Assembly (NCBI GenBank): GCA_963813235.1
Contig: CAWEYF010000006.1
Location: forward strand, 42,916-106,915
Direction of reading: 5' to 3'
From: Candidatus Aminicenantes bacterium
GTDB taxonomy: Bacteria; Acidobacteriota; Aminicenantia; Aminicenantales; Saccharicenantaceae
Length of the DNA stretch: 64,000 nt
The position numbers were made by a program, and so were the translations under genes. Positions 22,681 to 33,337 of this stretch are shown here, piece by piece (the first letter of the stretch is position 1; every line of letters starts with the position of its first letter). The notes under the pieces were generated by a model. The model saw only the letters and a program-made list of their open reading frames with translations, had not been told where the DNA came from and searched no databases.

Positions 22681-23761
22681 GCGCGTGTTCCGGGACATAG
22701 ACTGGGTCCTCATCGGGCTCGCCGTCCTCAATGCCGTCATCGGCGTTATCTTCGTCTACAGTTCGTCGCATTTTCTGCCGGGGAACCACCCCGTGAGGCA
22801 GGCCCTCTGGGTCCTGTTCAGCCTGGCTGTCCTTTTCGTCGTCCTCGCAGTGGACTACAAGGTCCTCATGACATATTCGCCGTATTTCTACCTGGCGTCG
22901 CTGGCCGTCCTCGTCGGGATGCTCCTCTTCGCGAGGCTCGTGGCCCATACCAAGAGTTGGATCACGCTCCCGTTCTTCCAGATCCAGCCGTCGGAGGTGG
23001 CCAAGCTTGCCGTCATCCTCCTCCTGGCCCGCGTCTTCTCGGAGTACAAGAAGAGCACGCTTTCCTCGAACGTCGCCGCCCAGGCTTTCCTGCTCATCCT
23101 CGCGCCGGTCCTCCTCGTCGCCGCCCAGCCCGACCTGGGCACGGCGATGACCTTCTTTCCGATCCTCCTCGCCGCCTTCATGCTAGCCGGACTGAAGAAG
23201 CGGATCGTCGCGATGTTGCTGGTCGCTTCCCTGGCCGTGGGCCTCGTCGGCTGGAACTTCGGGCTCAGGGACTATCAGAAACGGCGGCTGACGACGCTCG
23301 TCAACCCGGGCCAGGATCCGAGGGGCGCGGGCTACCACATCCTCCAGTCCAAGATCGCGATCGGCTCGGGGGGACTCGCCGGCAAGGGATTCGGGAAAGG
23401 GTCGCAGAGCCAGCTTCGTTTCCTTCCGGCCCGCCACACCGACTTCATCTTCTCGGTGATCGGGGAGGAGGCGGGATTCGCCGGCGTCCTCTTCGTCCTC
23501 CTCGCGTTCTTCCTGATGCTGGCCCGGATGTTCGCGTCGGCCTCGAAGGCCAGGGACAGGGCGGGGGTGTATATCGTCTTCATGGCCTCCGTGCTGGTCG
23601 CCTACCAGTTCCTTGTCAATGTCATGATGGTCATCGGGCTCTTCCCGGTGACGGGTGTGCCGCTGCCCCTGCTGAGCTACGGCGGCTCCTCGCTGGTGTC
23701 GAACTTCATCGCCATAGGCCTGGTCGTCAACGTCCGGATGCGGCGGTTCGCCAATATATAA
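22670..23761 (+). CDS. rodA: peptidoglycan glycosyltransferase RodA (SEDS family)
   Basis: 363 aa SEDS protein with conserved motifs (FQPSEVAK, LPARHTDFIFSVIGEE). Confidence 0.9.
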   Translation: MIDRRVFRDIDWVLIGLAVLNAVIGVIFVYSSSHFLPGNHPVRQALWVLFSLAVLFVVLAVDYKVLMTYSPYFYLASLAVLVGMLLFARLVAHTKSWITLPFFQIQPSEVAKLAVILLLARVFSEYKKSTLSSNVAAQAFLLILAPVLLVAAQPDLGTAMTFFPILLAAFMLAGLKKRIVAMLLVASLAVGLVGWNFGLRDYQKRRLTTLVNPGQDPRGAGYHILQSKIAIGSGGLAGKGFGKGSQSQLRFLPARHTDFIFSVIGEEAGFAGVLFVLLAFFLMLARMFASASKARDRAGVYIVFMASVLVAYQFLVNVMMVIGLFPVTGVPLPLLSYGGSSLVSNFIAIGLVVNVRMRRFANI

Positions 23762-23831
23762 TAAAGAGCGAGACAGGCGAGACTCGCGAGACAAGAGAGA
23801 TTCGCAAGCCCGGTCAAAGGAGGCAATCCCG

Positions 23832-25080
23832 ATGAACGGAACCGGAACCGACAAAGTCTATGCTTACCGATGGATCGTCCTTTCCGCCTTCGTCCTGGTC
23901 GCGTGCATGACCCAGATCCTGTGGATCTCGTTCGCTCCGATCACCAGCGCCGCGGCGAAGTTCTACGGGACGTCCGTCCTGAATATCGGCCTCCTGTCCA
24001 TGAGTCTTCATGATCGTCTACATCCTGATCGTCCTGCCGTCGGCCTGGGTGATCGACACCTGGGGGTTCAAGACAGCGGTCGGCATCGGCGCCGTCCTGT
24101 TCGGCCGTGTTCGCCCTGACCCGGGGGTTCTTCGCCTCGAACTTCACCATCGTCTTCGCTCTCCCAGGTCGGCATCGCCGCCGGCCAGCCCTTCGTCATC
24201 GGCGCCATCACCAAGTGGCGGCACGCTGGTTCCCGGCCCGGGAGCGGGCGACGGCCTCCGGCCTGGGGACGCTGGCCCTATACCTCGGCCCGCTGGCCGC
24301 CATGCTCCTCAGCCCGTATCTTTTCCTCCGCGTCGGCATGCGACGCATGCTTCTCCTCTACGGCGTCGCGACGGCCGTCGCCGCCGTCGTGTTCCTCGTC
24401 GCGGCCCGAGAGCAGCCGCCGACGCCCGCCGGGCCCGACGAGCGCGCCCTGATGTTCGACGGCCTCAAGGCCATGCTCCGCCGGCGCGATTTCCTCTATC
24501 CTCCTCGTCATCTTCTTCGTCGGCCTGGGCATGTTCAACGGCGTTTCGACCTGGATCGAGGACATCGTCCGGCCCCGGGGCTTCACCATCTCCCAGGCCG
24601 GCCTCGCTCGGCGGCCTGATGCTCGTCGGCGGGATCGTGGGCGCCGTCGTGATGTCGCTTCTCTCCGACGGCTCAAGCGCCGGAAGCCGTTCATCGTCCT
24701 GGCCCTCGCCGGACTCATCCCCGGGCTTCCTGGGAATGAGCTTCGCCGCGCGGCCTCCGCTTCTTCTCGTTGTCGGGTTTCACCTTCGGCTTCTTCCTGC
24801 TGAGCGCCGGGCCGATCGGGTTCCAGTACGCGGCGGAGATCACCCATCCGGCGCCGGAAGGCACGTCGAACAGCCTTCTGATCTGGTGGGTCAGATCTCG
24901 GGGATCCTGTTCATCTTCGGGATGGACGCCGGAAGGTCCGCGTCGGACGGGGCGATGACGACCTCGATCGTCGGTCTCGCCCTCCTGACGGCGGGAGCGG
25001 CCGCCCTCGCGACCCTTCTGCCCGAATCACCCTTTTACGAAGCCGGACGGCGTGGAGCTCCCGGCCAAAGGGACCGAATA
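23832..25080 (+). pseudogene. MFS transporter shredded by about 8 frameshifts
   Basis: MFS-like helices occur as collinear pieces alternating among all three + frames (ORFs 23832.., 24010.., 24107.., 24531.., 24770..). Confidence 0.55.
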
Positions 25081-25168
25081 GTCGCGTCTTGCGCCCGGGC
25101 TCGGCCCGGCTTCGCCCCGAGCCCTGCTCGTCTCTCGTATCTCGCCAGCCCCGCAGTTTTCGTGTATC

Positions 25169-27709
25169 ATGGGCCGCATGGCCGGACATGAGGGAACGAT
25201 CGACTCCCGCCTCCTGGAGCGGGTCCTCCGGGCCGTGGAAAAGCCCGGGAGGTACGTCGGCGGGGAATGGAACCAGAAGCGCAAGGACCCGAGCAAGGTC
25301 AAAGCCAGGGTCGCCCTCGTCTTCCCCGATGCCTACGAGATCGGGATGTCTTACCTCGGCCAGAAGATCCTGTATCACATCCTGAACGCCCGTCCGGACG
25401 TCCTCGCGGAGAGGGTCTTCGCCCCCTGGCCGGACTTCGAGCGGGGCCTCCGCGGCGCCGGGATCCCGCTGTACTCCCTTGAGAATCGGATCCCTCTCCG
25501 GGATTTCGACATCGTCGGCTTTTCCCTGCTCTACGAGCTCAACTATTCCAACGTCCTCACGGTCCTCGACCTCGGGGGCATCCCCGCGCGCGCCGCCGAC
25601 CGGGAGGAAGGCGTGCCCCTGGTCATCGCCGGCGGGCCCGCCGTCTTCAATCCCGAGCCCGTCGCCGAGGTCTTCGACCTCATGCTGGCCGGGGACGGGG
25701 AGGAGGCTATCCTCGAGATCGTGGACAAGGTCGTTGCCATGAAAATGGCGGGAACGTCGAGAAGCGCGACGGTCCGGGAGCTCGCCGCGATCCGCGGCGC
25801 CTACGTCCCGTCCCTTTACGACGCCGTCCCGACGGGTTTATCTCCGCTCCTCGTTCCCGAACCCCGGGGAGACGCCCCCGTCCGGATCCGGAAGCGCATC
25901 CTCGAAACGTTCCGGGATTCGGACTTTCCGGACGCTATCGTCGTCCCGAGCATGAGGGCCGTGTTCGACCGCGTGGCCGTCGAGGCGGCCCGCGGCTGTC
26001 CCCGGAACTGCCGGTTCTGCCAGGCCGCGAGCCTGTACTTTCCCTACCGGGTCAAGGACCCCGACCGCCTTGTCCGGACCATGGGGTCGAGCCTTGGAAA
26101 GACCGGTTACCAGGACGCCTCCCTGACCGCCCTGTCCATCTCCGATTACCCCCGGCTAGAGGAAACGGTTCGGGTCCTGATGAGCGGGCTCGAGAAACGA
26201 AAGATATCCCTTTCCCTGTCCTCCCTGAGGCCCGGGGGGCTCTCCCCGGAGATCGTCGAGAACATCGTCAAGGTCCGTAAGACCGGATTCACGCTGGTCC
26301 CGGAAGCCGGAACGGAGCGGCTGAGGAGGGTGATCAACAAAAAGATGGACGACCGGGAGATGCACGACGCCCTGGCCTACGCCTTCGCAAAAGGGTGGAA
26401 GCTCGTCAAGCTCTATTTCATGGTCGGCCTTCCGACCGAAACCGACGAGGACCTGGCAGGGATCGTCGCGCTCGTCCGGGACGTCCTCGGAGCGGGGCAG
26501 AGGATCCTCGGGGCGCCGCCGCGCATCCACCTCAGCGTGTCCTCGTTCATCCCGAAGCCACATACGGCGTTCCAGTGGGCGGCGATGGACGACCGAGACA
26601 CGCTCATGGCCAAGCAGGATTACCTCCGCTCGGAGCTGCGGAGGTCGAGGTCCGTGGAGTTCAAGAGGCACCCGGTCGACGTCTCCCTCCTCGAAGCGGC
26701 CTTCTCCCGGGGCGATCGCAGGCTCAACGGCGTCCTGAGAACGGCCTGGGCGGCGGGGGCGCGCTTCGACAGCTGGGGCGACCGGTTCGAGCCCGGGCTC
26801 TGGGCGGAGGCTTTCTCCCGCGAAGGCGTCGACCCCGCGGTCTATCGGGGCGCGCTCGATCCCGGGGCCCGGCTGCCTTGGGACCACATGGAGACCGGGA
26901 TCCGGAAGTCCTATCTTGCCCGCGAATACCGGATGGCCCTCGAAGGGACTCCTTCGCCCGCCTGCCTGGAAACCGCTTGCGGCACATGCGAGGCGTGCGA
27001 CGTCCCTCATCTCAGGCTCACGCCGCGGGACGCGAGCGCGGAGCCCCGTGTCTCCCTTCGGGAGCCTCCTGTTTGGGGCACGCCGAGCTCCGGCCCGGAG
27101 CGCTACCGGGCCGTCTATTCCAAGCGGGGGAACGCCAGGTTCCTTTCCCACATCGATCTCATCCACGTCCTCGAGCGCGCTTTCCGGAGGGCCGGGATCG
27201 ACGTCGCGAAATCTCAGGGATTTCACCCCAAGATGCTGATGACCTACGGCCCTGCATTGGCCCTGGGGATGGAAGGCCACGCCGAGCCCCTGGAGTTCCG
27301 GGCGCCGTTCCTCTATGATGCGGGGGCGTTCATCAAGCGCATGAACCGGGTCCTCCCGCCCGGGATGCGCATCGCCGGGATCGAGAAGCTCGTCCCCGGA
27401 GCCCCGTCCCTGAGCCGTGTCCTGAAAGGGGCGGTCTATGCGCTCGACCTCCGGGACCACGAGATCGAGGAGTCCCTGGCGAAGGGCGGGAGGCGTCCGA
27501 CGATCCGGGCCTTGAGGGCCCGCGTCGAGGGATACGAAATCAGAAAGCCGGCGGGCGTCGGCCTGGCCCTGGATGGGAAAAAGAGGAAGCTCTTCATGAC
27601 GATCCCCTTCGTCGAGGGGAAGAATCCCCGTCCCCAGGACATCGCCGGGGACATGTTTGGCGTCAAAGGGGCGGTTTACGCCCTGACCCGGGAAGGATTC
27701 ATCTCTTGA
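25169..27709 (+). CDS. B12-binding-domain radical SAM protein fused to a DUF2344-like domain (TIGR03960/TIGR03936-type fusion)
   Basis: 846 aa, N-terminal cobalamin-binding-like region, then a radical SAM core (AARGCPRNCRFCQAAS). The C-terminal about 250 aa resembles the DUF2344 family usually encoded as a separate downstream gene. Confidence 0.7.
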   Translation: MGRMAGHEGTIDSRLLERVLRAVEKPGRYVGGEWNQKRKDPSKVKARVALVFPDAYEIGMSYLGQKILYHILNARPDVLAERVFAPWPDFERGLRGAGIPLYSLENRIPLRDFDIVGFSLLYELNYSNVLTVLDLGGIPARAADREEGVPLVIAGGPAVFNPEPVAEVFDLMLAGDGEEAILEIVDKVVAMKMAGTSRSATVRELAAIRGAYVPSLYDAVPTGLSPLLVPEPRGDAPVRIRKRILETFRDSDFPDAIVVPSMRAVFDRVAVEAARGCPRNCRFCQAASLYFPYRVKDPDRLVRTMGSSLGKTGYQDASLTALSISDYPRLEETVRVLMSGLEKRKISLSLSSLRPGGLSPEIVENIVKVRKTGFTLVPEAGTERLRRVINKKMDDREMHDALAYAFAKGWKLVKLYFMVGLPTETDEDLAGIVALVRDVLGAGQRILGAPPRIHLSVSSFIPKPHTAFQWAAMDDRDTLMAKQDYLRSELRRSRSVEFKRHPVDVSLLEAAFSRGDRRLNGVLRTAWAAGARFDSWGDRFEPGLWAEAFSREGVDPAVYRGALDPGARLPWDHMETGIRKSYLAREYRMALEGTPSPACLETACGTCEACDVPHLRLTPRDASAEPRVSLREPPVWGTPSSGPERYRAVYSKRGNARFLSHIDLIHVLERAFRRAGIDVAKSQGFHPKMLMTYGPALALGMEGHAEPLEFRAPFLYDAGAFIKRMNRVLPPGMRIAGIEKLVPGAPSLSRVLKGAVYALDLRDHEIEESLAKGGRRPTIRALRARVEGYEIRKPAGVGLALDGKKRKLFMTIPFVEGKNPRPQDIAGDMFGVKGAVYALTREGFIS

Positions 27710-27734
27710 TTCTCTCTGACCGGAAGGAGGACCG

Positions 27735-28886
27735 ATGATCGATTTCAGTCTGACCGAAGAACAGCAGGCCCTGAAGGACATGGCCCACGAATTTGCCGAG
27801 AAGGAGATGCGGCCCGTGGCCGCGAAATATGACCGGGGGGAGGAATTTCCCACCGAGGTCATGAAGAAGGCCTTCGACGCCGGCTTCCTCACGAGCACCG
27901 TCCCGGCCGAGTACGGCGGCGGCGGGCTCGGCGACCTGGATACCGTGATCCTCAGCGAGGAGCTGGCCTGGGGCTGCGCCGGGATGTACACGTCGATGAT
28001 GGCGAACTCCCTGGCGCTGACCCCCATCTTCCTCTCCGGGAACGAAGAGCAGAAAAAAAGGTTCCTCATCCCGGTCACCAAGACGATGACGTTCGCCTCC
28101 TATTGCCTGACGGAGAGGGAAGCGGGTTCGGACACCACCGCCATCCGGACGACGGCCCGGAAGAGCGGCTCGGAATATGTCCTCAACGGCTCGAAATGCT
28201 TCATCACCAACGCCGGCGTCGCAAGCCTCTACCTGGTCTTCGCCAACGCCGCCCCGGAAAAGGGGCCGCGGGGGATCAGCGCGTTCGTCGTCCCCCGGGA
28301 CACCCCGGGTGTCTCCGTCGGCAAGGTCGAGGACAAGCTGGGTCATCGCGCTTCGAACACCGCCGAGATCTTTTTCGAGGACGTCCATATCCCCGTCGAG
28401 AACATGCTGGGCCGGGAAGGGCACGGCTTTCTCACGGCCATGAAGACGTTCGACCGGACCCGGCCCGCGGTCGGGGCCGCCGGGGTGGGTTTGGCCAGGG
28501 CGGCCCTGGAACACGCCGTCGCCTACGCCAAGACCCGGATCCAGTTCGGGAAGCCCATCGCGGCCTTCCAGAACACGGCGTTTGTCCTCGCCCAGATGGC
28601 CATGGAGATCGAGGCCGCGCGCCACCTCGTCCGGCACTCCGCCTGGCTCCTCGAGAACGGGAAGCCCGCAGGCAAGGAATCGGCCATGGCCAAGTGCTTC
28701 GCTACGGACGTCGGGATGAAGGTCTCGCTCGAAGCCCTCCAGATCTTCGGAGGCTACGGGTACATGAGGGACTATCCGATCGAGAAGCTCGTCCGCGACG
28801 CCAAGCTCCTCCAGATCTACGAGGGGACCAACGAGATCCAACGCCTCGTCATCTCGCGCGAGGTCATCGGTCCGATCGTCAAATAG
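27735..28886 (+). CDS. acyl-CoA dehydrogenase
   Basis: 383 aa with ACAD N-terminal, middle and C-terminal domain motifs (CLTEREAGSD, QIFGGYGYMRDYPIEKLVRDAKL). Confidence 0.85.
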   Translation: MIDFSLTEEQQALKDMAHEFAEKEMRPVAAKYDRGEEFPTEVMKKAFDAGFLTSTVPAEYGGGGLGDLDTVILSEELAWGCAGMYTSMMANSLALTPIFLSGNEEQKKRFLIPVTKTMTFASYCLTEREAGSDTTAIRTTARKSGSEYVLNGSKCFITNAGVASLYLVFANAAPEKGPRGISAFVVPRDTPGVSVGKVEDKLGHRASNTAEIFFEDVHIPVENMLGREGHGFLTAMKTFDRTRPAVGAAGVGLARAALEHAVAYAKTRIQFGKPIAAFQNTAFVLAQMAMEIEAARHLVRHSAWLLENGKPAGKESAMAKCFATDVGMKVSLEALQIFGGYGYMRDYPIEKLVRDAKLLQIYEGTNEIQRLVISREVIGPIVK

Positions 28887-28897
28887 GCCCTCCGGGC

Positions 28898-29371
28898 CTA
28901 TTTTTCGATGATGGCGAGGAGATCCTCTTCGATGGTCTTGACGGGATTCTCGACGATGCGTCCTTTTTCGGCGCCGTCGATGGAAACGATGAACGTCGGG
29001 ATCTTGACGATATCCTTTCCCTGAACATAGGGAGAGCGCTTCGTCTTGTCCTCGGGAACGCCGACATATGTCGCCCGAATGAGGGGATTGTCGGTCACCT
29101 CGAGGACCTTGAGGAATTCGCTGACGTGGGCCTTGCTGTCGTCGCACCAGGTGCCCAGGACGACCTCGACCCCGATCTCGCGGGAGACGGCCCTCAGCCG
29201 GTCGACGGCCTCGGGCCCGGGGACGTAGGCCGCGGCGACAGCCCCCCACTCCGGGAGCTTCAGGAGGAGGTCCTCAGGTGTGACGGGGCCCGTGATCTCC
29301 TGCTGTCCGCGCACCACGTTCAGCAGGAGGAGGCAGGAGAACGGGACCAGGAGATTCTTCAGACGTCCCAT
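28898..29371 (-). CDS. secreted thioredoxin-fold protein (WCDDS, a CxxS-type motif)
   Basis: Signal peptide plus GTWCDDSKAH at the thioredoxin active-site position and a thioredoxin-like C-terminal region. Confidence 0.55.
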   Translation of the reverse strand: MGRLKNLLVPFSCLLLLNVVRGQQEITGPVTPEDLLLKLPEWGAVAAAYVPGPEAVDRLRAVSREIGVEVVLGTWCDDSKAHVSEFLKVLEVTDNPLIRATYVGVPEDKTKRSPYVQGKDIVKIPTFIVSIDGAEKGRIVENPVKTIEEDLLAIIEK

Positions 29372-29396
29372 GTTCGCGGAATATGAAGGCTGGGCG

Positions 29397-29783
29397 CTAT
29401 TCCTCGATGTATTCCGGAATGAGGCCCAGGACGTCGATGCCGGCGCCCTTGGCGATGTCCATGACCTCCATGACCTTGCTGAAGGGGAGCTTCGCTTCGG
29501 CCCGGATGAAGATGGTCTTGTCCTGACGGGTCGAATAGATGCGCCGGAGCTCTTCGAGGAGCATCCTCAGCTCGATGGGGTCCTTGTTGATCAGGATGCT
29601 GTCGTTCTTCTGGACGGTCAGGACGACGAGGCCCGAAGGCTGTCCGCCCGCCGCGTCCGCCTGTGTTTCGGGGAGCTTGACGTCGATACCTTTCTGGACG
29701 AGAGGGGTAATGACCATGAAGATGATCAGCAGGACCAGCAGGACATCGCACAACGGGACGACATTGGGTTCGGCTTTTGACAT
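29397..29783 (-). CDS. exbD: ExbD/TolR-family biopolymer transport protein
   Basis: 128 aa, N-terminal TM (VVPLCDVLLVLLIIFMVITPLV) and the ExbD periplasmic domain pattern. Confidence 0.75.
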   Translation of the reverse strand: MSKAEPNVVPLCDVLLVLLIIFMVITPLVQKGIDVKLPETQADAAGGQPSGLVVLTVQKNDSILINKDPIELRMLLEELRRIYSTRQDKTIFIRAEAKLPFSKVMEVMDIAKGAGIDVLGLIPEYIEE

Positions 29784-29978
29784 TCGTGCCTCCTTATCTG
29801 TACTCCGGAGGACCGGAGACAGACATTTTATGCCATTGGGGACGTTTTTGTCAATGGTGTTTTCTCAGGAGCCGTTTTTGACTTCGTTCCGGCCGTATGT
29901 TATAAGGGCCCCTCGGTTCCGGACCGTTCGTCCCGGCGGGCGAAGAGGGAAGAACGGCGGTATCCCCGGGAGGGCGGC

Positions 29979-31719
29979 ATGAACGTTCTGGTCCTTCTCG
30001 CGATCTCGGCCGCCGGCTTCGTTGTCGCCGGCCGTTTCTATTCGGCGAGGATCGCCCGGAGGCTGGGCGAGGATCCTTCGCATCCGACCCCGGCGGTCAC
30101 CCGCAACGACGGCCGTGATTATGTCCCCACGAAGACCTATGTCGTCTTCGCCCATCATTTCTCCGCCATCGCCGGCGCCGGCCCCATCCTCGGCCCGACC
30201 ATGGCCCTCCTCTACGGGTTCGTCCCGGCCTGGCTCTGGATCGTCCTCGGAGGGATCTTCATCGGCGCCGTCCACGATTACACGACCCTCTTCGTCAGCA
30301 TGCGCGAAGGGGGGAAGTCCATGGCCGAGGTCGCCCGAAAGACCCTGGGCAATTCCGGCTTCAACCTCTTCATCGCCTTCACGATCATCATGATCGTGCT
30401 TGTGACTTCGTCGTTCCTGAGCGCCACGTCGATCTCCCTGACCTCCCTCTGGCCCCTGGCCAAGATCGGGGTCCGGGACGGGGAGACCTTCCTCAAGACC
30501 GTCGTCAGGGACGGCGTGGCCATGGGCCTCATCGGGGGCATCGCGTCGATGTCCGTCATCGTCATCACCCTGTGTTCGCCCCTCCTCGGCTGGCTCATCG
30601 CCAAAAAGGGTCTCAAGACGCTCCCGTCCTACCTCCTGGCCTCGGTCATCTGCGTTGTCTCGGTCCTCCTCGGGATGGCCCATCCCGTCACCCTGACGCC
30701 GACGCTTTGGATGGTGATCATCTCCGTCTACGTGCTCCTCGCGGCCGGGGCCCCCGTCTGGTTGATCCTCCAGCCCCGGGACTTCATCAACGTCCAAATT
30801 CTCTACGGCGGGATCGTCCTCATGGTCGCTTTCGCTCCTGGGCACCGGATTCGGCGGCCTCCGGGTCTCCGCGCCTGCCCTCAACCTCCAGGAGGGCGTC
30901 CGCCACCTCGGCCTGATCTGGCCCATGATGTTCTGCATCGTCGCCTGCGGCGCCATCTCGGGCTTTCACTGCCTCGTGGCCGGGGGGACGACCGGGAAAC
31001 AGCTCATTCGGGAAACCGACGCCCGGCGGGTCGGATACAACGCGATGCTCCTCGAGTCCCTGCTCGCCGTTTGCGTCCTGCTGGCCATCGGCGCCGCCAT
31101 GAGCTTCGCCGATTACAAGTCGATCGTCTGGCCCGCCGATCCGGCCGTGAGGTCCAATCCGATCCTCGGATTCTCCCTTGCGGCCGGCCAGCTCTTCCAC
31201 CGCGGGCTCGGCATCCCCATCGCCCTGGGGACGGTCTTCGGGATCCTCCTCGTCGAGGGGTTCGTCATCACCACGCTCGACGCGGCCGTCCGCCTCAATC
31301 GGTATCTCCTCGAGGAACTCTGGGCCATTCTCTTCCGGAAGGTCCCCCGGCTCTTCCGGAAATACTGGTTCAATTCCGGGATCTCCGTCCTGCTCATGTG
31401 GGTCCTGGCCTATTCGAACGCCTTCAGCGCCCTCTGGCCCATTTTCGGGACCGCCAACCAGCTGCTGGCCGCCCTGAGCCTCCTGGCCGTCTCGGCCTGG
31501 CTGCTCCTCAGGAAGAAAAGGGCGACCTTCACGCTCGTCCCCGCGGTCTTCATGTTCCTGACGACCCTCGCGTCGCTCGGCATCCTGATGGCGGGATATG
31601 TGCGGCAGCGGAACTTCGTTCTGATCGCCGCGGACCTGCTGTTGTTCCTGTTGTCCCTGGGCGTCCTGGCGCTTTTCGCGAGGACGTTCCTCCGGAAACG
31701 GGAGCTCCCGGCCGGCTGA
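29979..31719 (+). CDS. cstA: carbon starvation protein A with an apparent frameshift near 30830
   Basis: ORF 29979.. carries the CstA N-terminal two-thirds. The C-terminal third continues in frame 1 (LGTGFGGLRVSAPALN...MMFCIVACGAISGFHCLVAGGTTGKQL...). Confidence 0.8.
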
Positions 31720-31758
31720 GCCGCGGCGGGAACGGGATACGGTTCGGGCGGCGAGTCC

Positions 31759-32802
31759 TTAGAGGAGGAGCTTTTCGACGGTCTCGTCCCATCTCAGCCG
31801 GGACCCGAATTCAAAGGCGGCCCCGCCCATCCGTTCGGCGAGGGCCTTGTCCCCGGCCAGCTCGTCGATCCGAAGGGCGATCGCGCGGGGGTCGGGGGCG
31901 ACGAGGAAACCGTTCTCACCGTCCCGGACGAGCTCGGCCGGGCCTCCGCTGTCGTGAGCGGTGATGACGGCCTTGCCCGACGCGAAGGCTTCGGGAGTTA
32001 CGAGGCCGTAGTCCTCCCGGAGGGGGCAGAAGAACACGGCGAGACTGCCGGCGTAGCCGGAAATGACGTCTTCCTCGCCGGTTGCTCCCAGGAGGGCGAT
32101 CCGGTCCTCGAGCCCGCGGGCCCGGATCAGGGTCCGAAGGGGCTCGAGCTCGGGCCCTTCCCCGACGATCCGGGCCTTCACGTCGCGGTTCCGGACGTGT
32201 GCGAAGGCCTCGACGAGAAGGTCCAGCCTCTTCAGCTTGGTGAGCCGCGATACGGAAAAGATGAAATCGCCCGGGCGTTCACGGCGGTACGCCCGTTGCG
32301 GGGCGGGGGGGTGGAGGACCTCGGAGGGAATGTTCCCCCACGTCCGGAGGCGGTCCCGGATCGTGGCCGACTGGGCATAAAGCTTGGTCACGTTGTGCTT
32401 GAGGAGGCGCGTGTCCACGGCTCGGATGAGGCTGCGGCGGACCGTCTCCTTGATCCTGCCCTTGAACCCGAGCCCGGAGCGGAGGTCATCCCACAGATCG
32501 TAGTATTCGCGCATCCGGTGGTTGAGCCAGCAGACGTGCCGGGGGTGCTTCACGGCATAGCTGGGGAAACGAAAGGAGATGACCTGGTCGATGCGCCGGC
32601 CGAGACCGTCCATCCCGACGTCGGTGAACCGGTTGGCGAGATAGGCCCGGAACTGGCGCCCGAACCGGTTCTGGGGCGTCAGGACGAGGTCGGCCTCGTG
32701 GCCGCAGTCCCGGAGGGCGCGGACCGTCGCCCGGGCGATGGTCATGTGCCCGCCCTCGACGAAGGGAACGTCGGAGGTGACCACCAGGACCCGTTTGGCC
32801 AT
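31759..32802 (-). CDS. GT4-family glycosyltransferase
   Basis: 347 aa, GT-B fold with the GT1/GT4 C-terminal motif region (EGFGLVTPEAFASGKAVI). Confidence 0.8.
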   Translation of the reverse strand: MAKRVLVVTSDVPFVEGGHMTIARATVRALRDCGHEADLVLTPQNRFGRQFRAYLANRFTDVGMDGLGRRIDQVISFRFPSYAVKHPRHVCWLNHRMREYYDLWDDLRSGLGFKGRIKETVRRSLIRAVDTRLLKHNVTKLYAQSATIRDRLRTWGNIPSEVLHPPAPQRAYRRERPGDFIFSVSRLTKLKRLDLLVEAFAHVRNRDVKARIVGEGPELEPLRTLIRARGLEDRIALLGATGEEDVISGYAGSLAVFFCPLREDYGLVTPEAFASGKAVITAHDSGGPAELVRDGENGFLVAPDPRAIALRIDELAGDKALAERMGGAAFEFGSRLRWDETVEKLLL

Positions 32803-32820
32803 GGAATGACCTCCCGCCGG

Positions 32821-33216
32821 CTATTTCAGCGTATCCAGGGCTTTCTTGTTGTTGCTCGTGTTGAAGACCAGGAGCGTCCGGCCCTCTCCGGCAGAGCTTC
32901 CGTAGGAGTAGCGGATGTCGATGACGGCGTTCCCGAGGAGGGCGCCGATCTCGGCCCCCGCCCCGATCCGGTCGCCGAACTCGACCGTCACGACCTTGTT
33001 CGACTTGACCTTGTAGCCGAGCGTCCGCAGGGCCTTCTCGGCCCTCTTGTTGTCGGCCGTGACCAGGAGAAAATGCCCATCCTCGCCCTCGGACGAGACG
33101 CAGAAGGCCCTCAGGTTGATCCCCGCATTGGCGAGGGTCCCCAGGACGCGTCCGAGGATCCCGGGCTCGTTCGGCGTGATCACGTGGAGTTCGGTGCCTT
33201 CCTTGACGATGTTCAC
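32821..33216 (-). CDS. ACT-domain protein
   Basis: Two ACT-like repeats (ELHVITPNEPGILGRVLGTLANAGINL). Start trimmed to the GTG at 33216, with AGGAGAGG upstream. Confidence 0.6.
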   Translation of the reverse strand: MNIVKEGTELHVITPNEPGILGRVLGTLANAGINLRAFCVSSEGEDGHFLLVTADNKRAEKALRTLGYKVKSNKVVTVEFGDRIGAGAEIGALLGNAVIDIRYSYGSSAGEGRTLLVFNTSNNKKALDTLK

Positions 33217-33337
33217 GGATTCCTCTCCTTGTTCCGAAAGGCAATTATAGCAGATTCGGCCGGAAAAGCACAAAATCGCGCCGTTTGCCATCCGGCGGCG
33301 GACGGATATAATGGGGGGAAGAAGGAGATTAAGCGGG

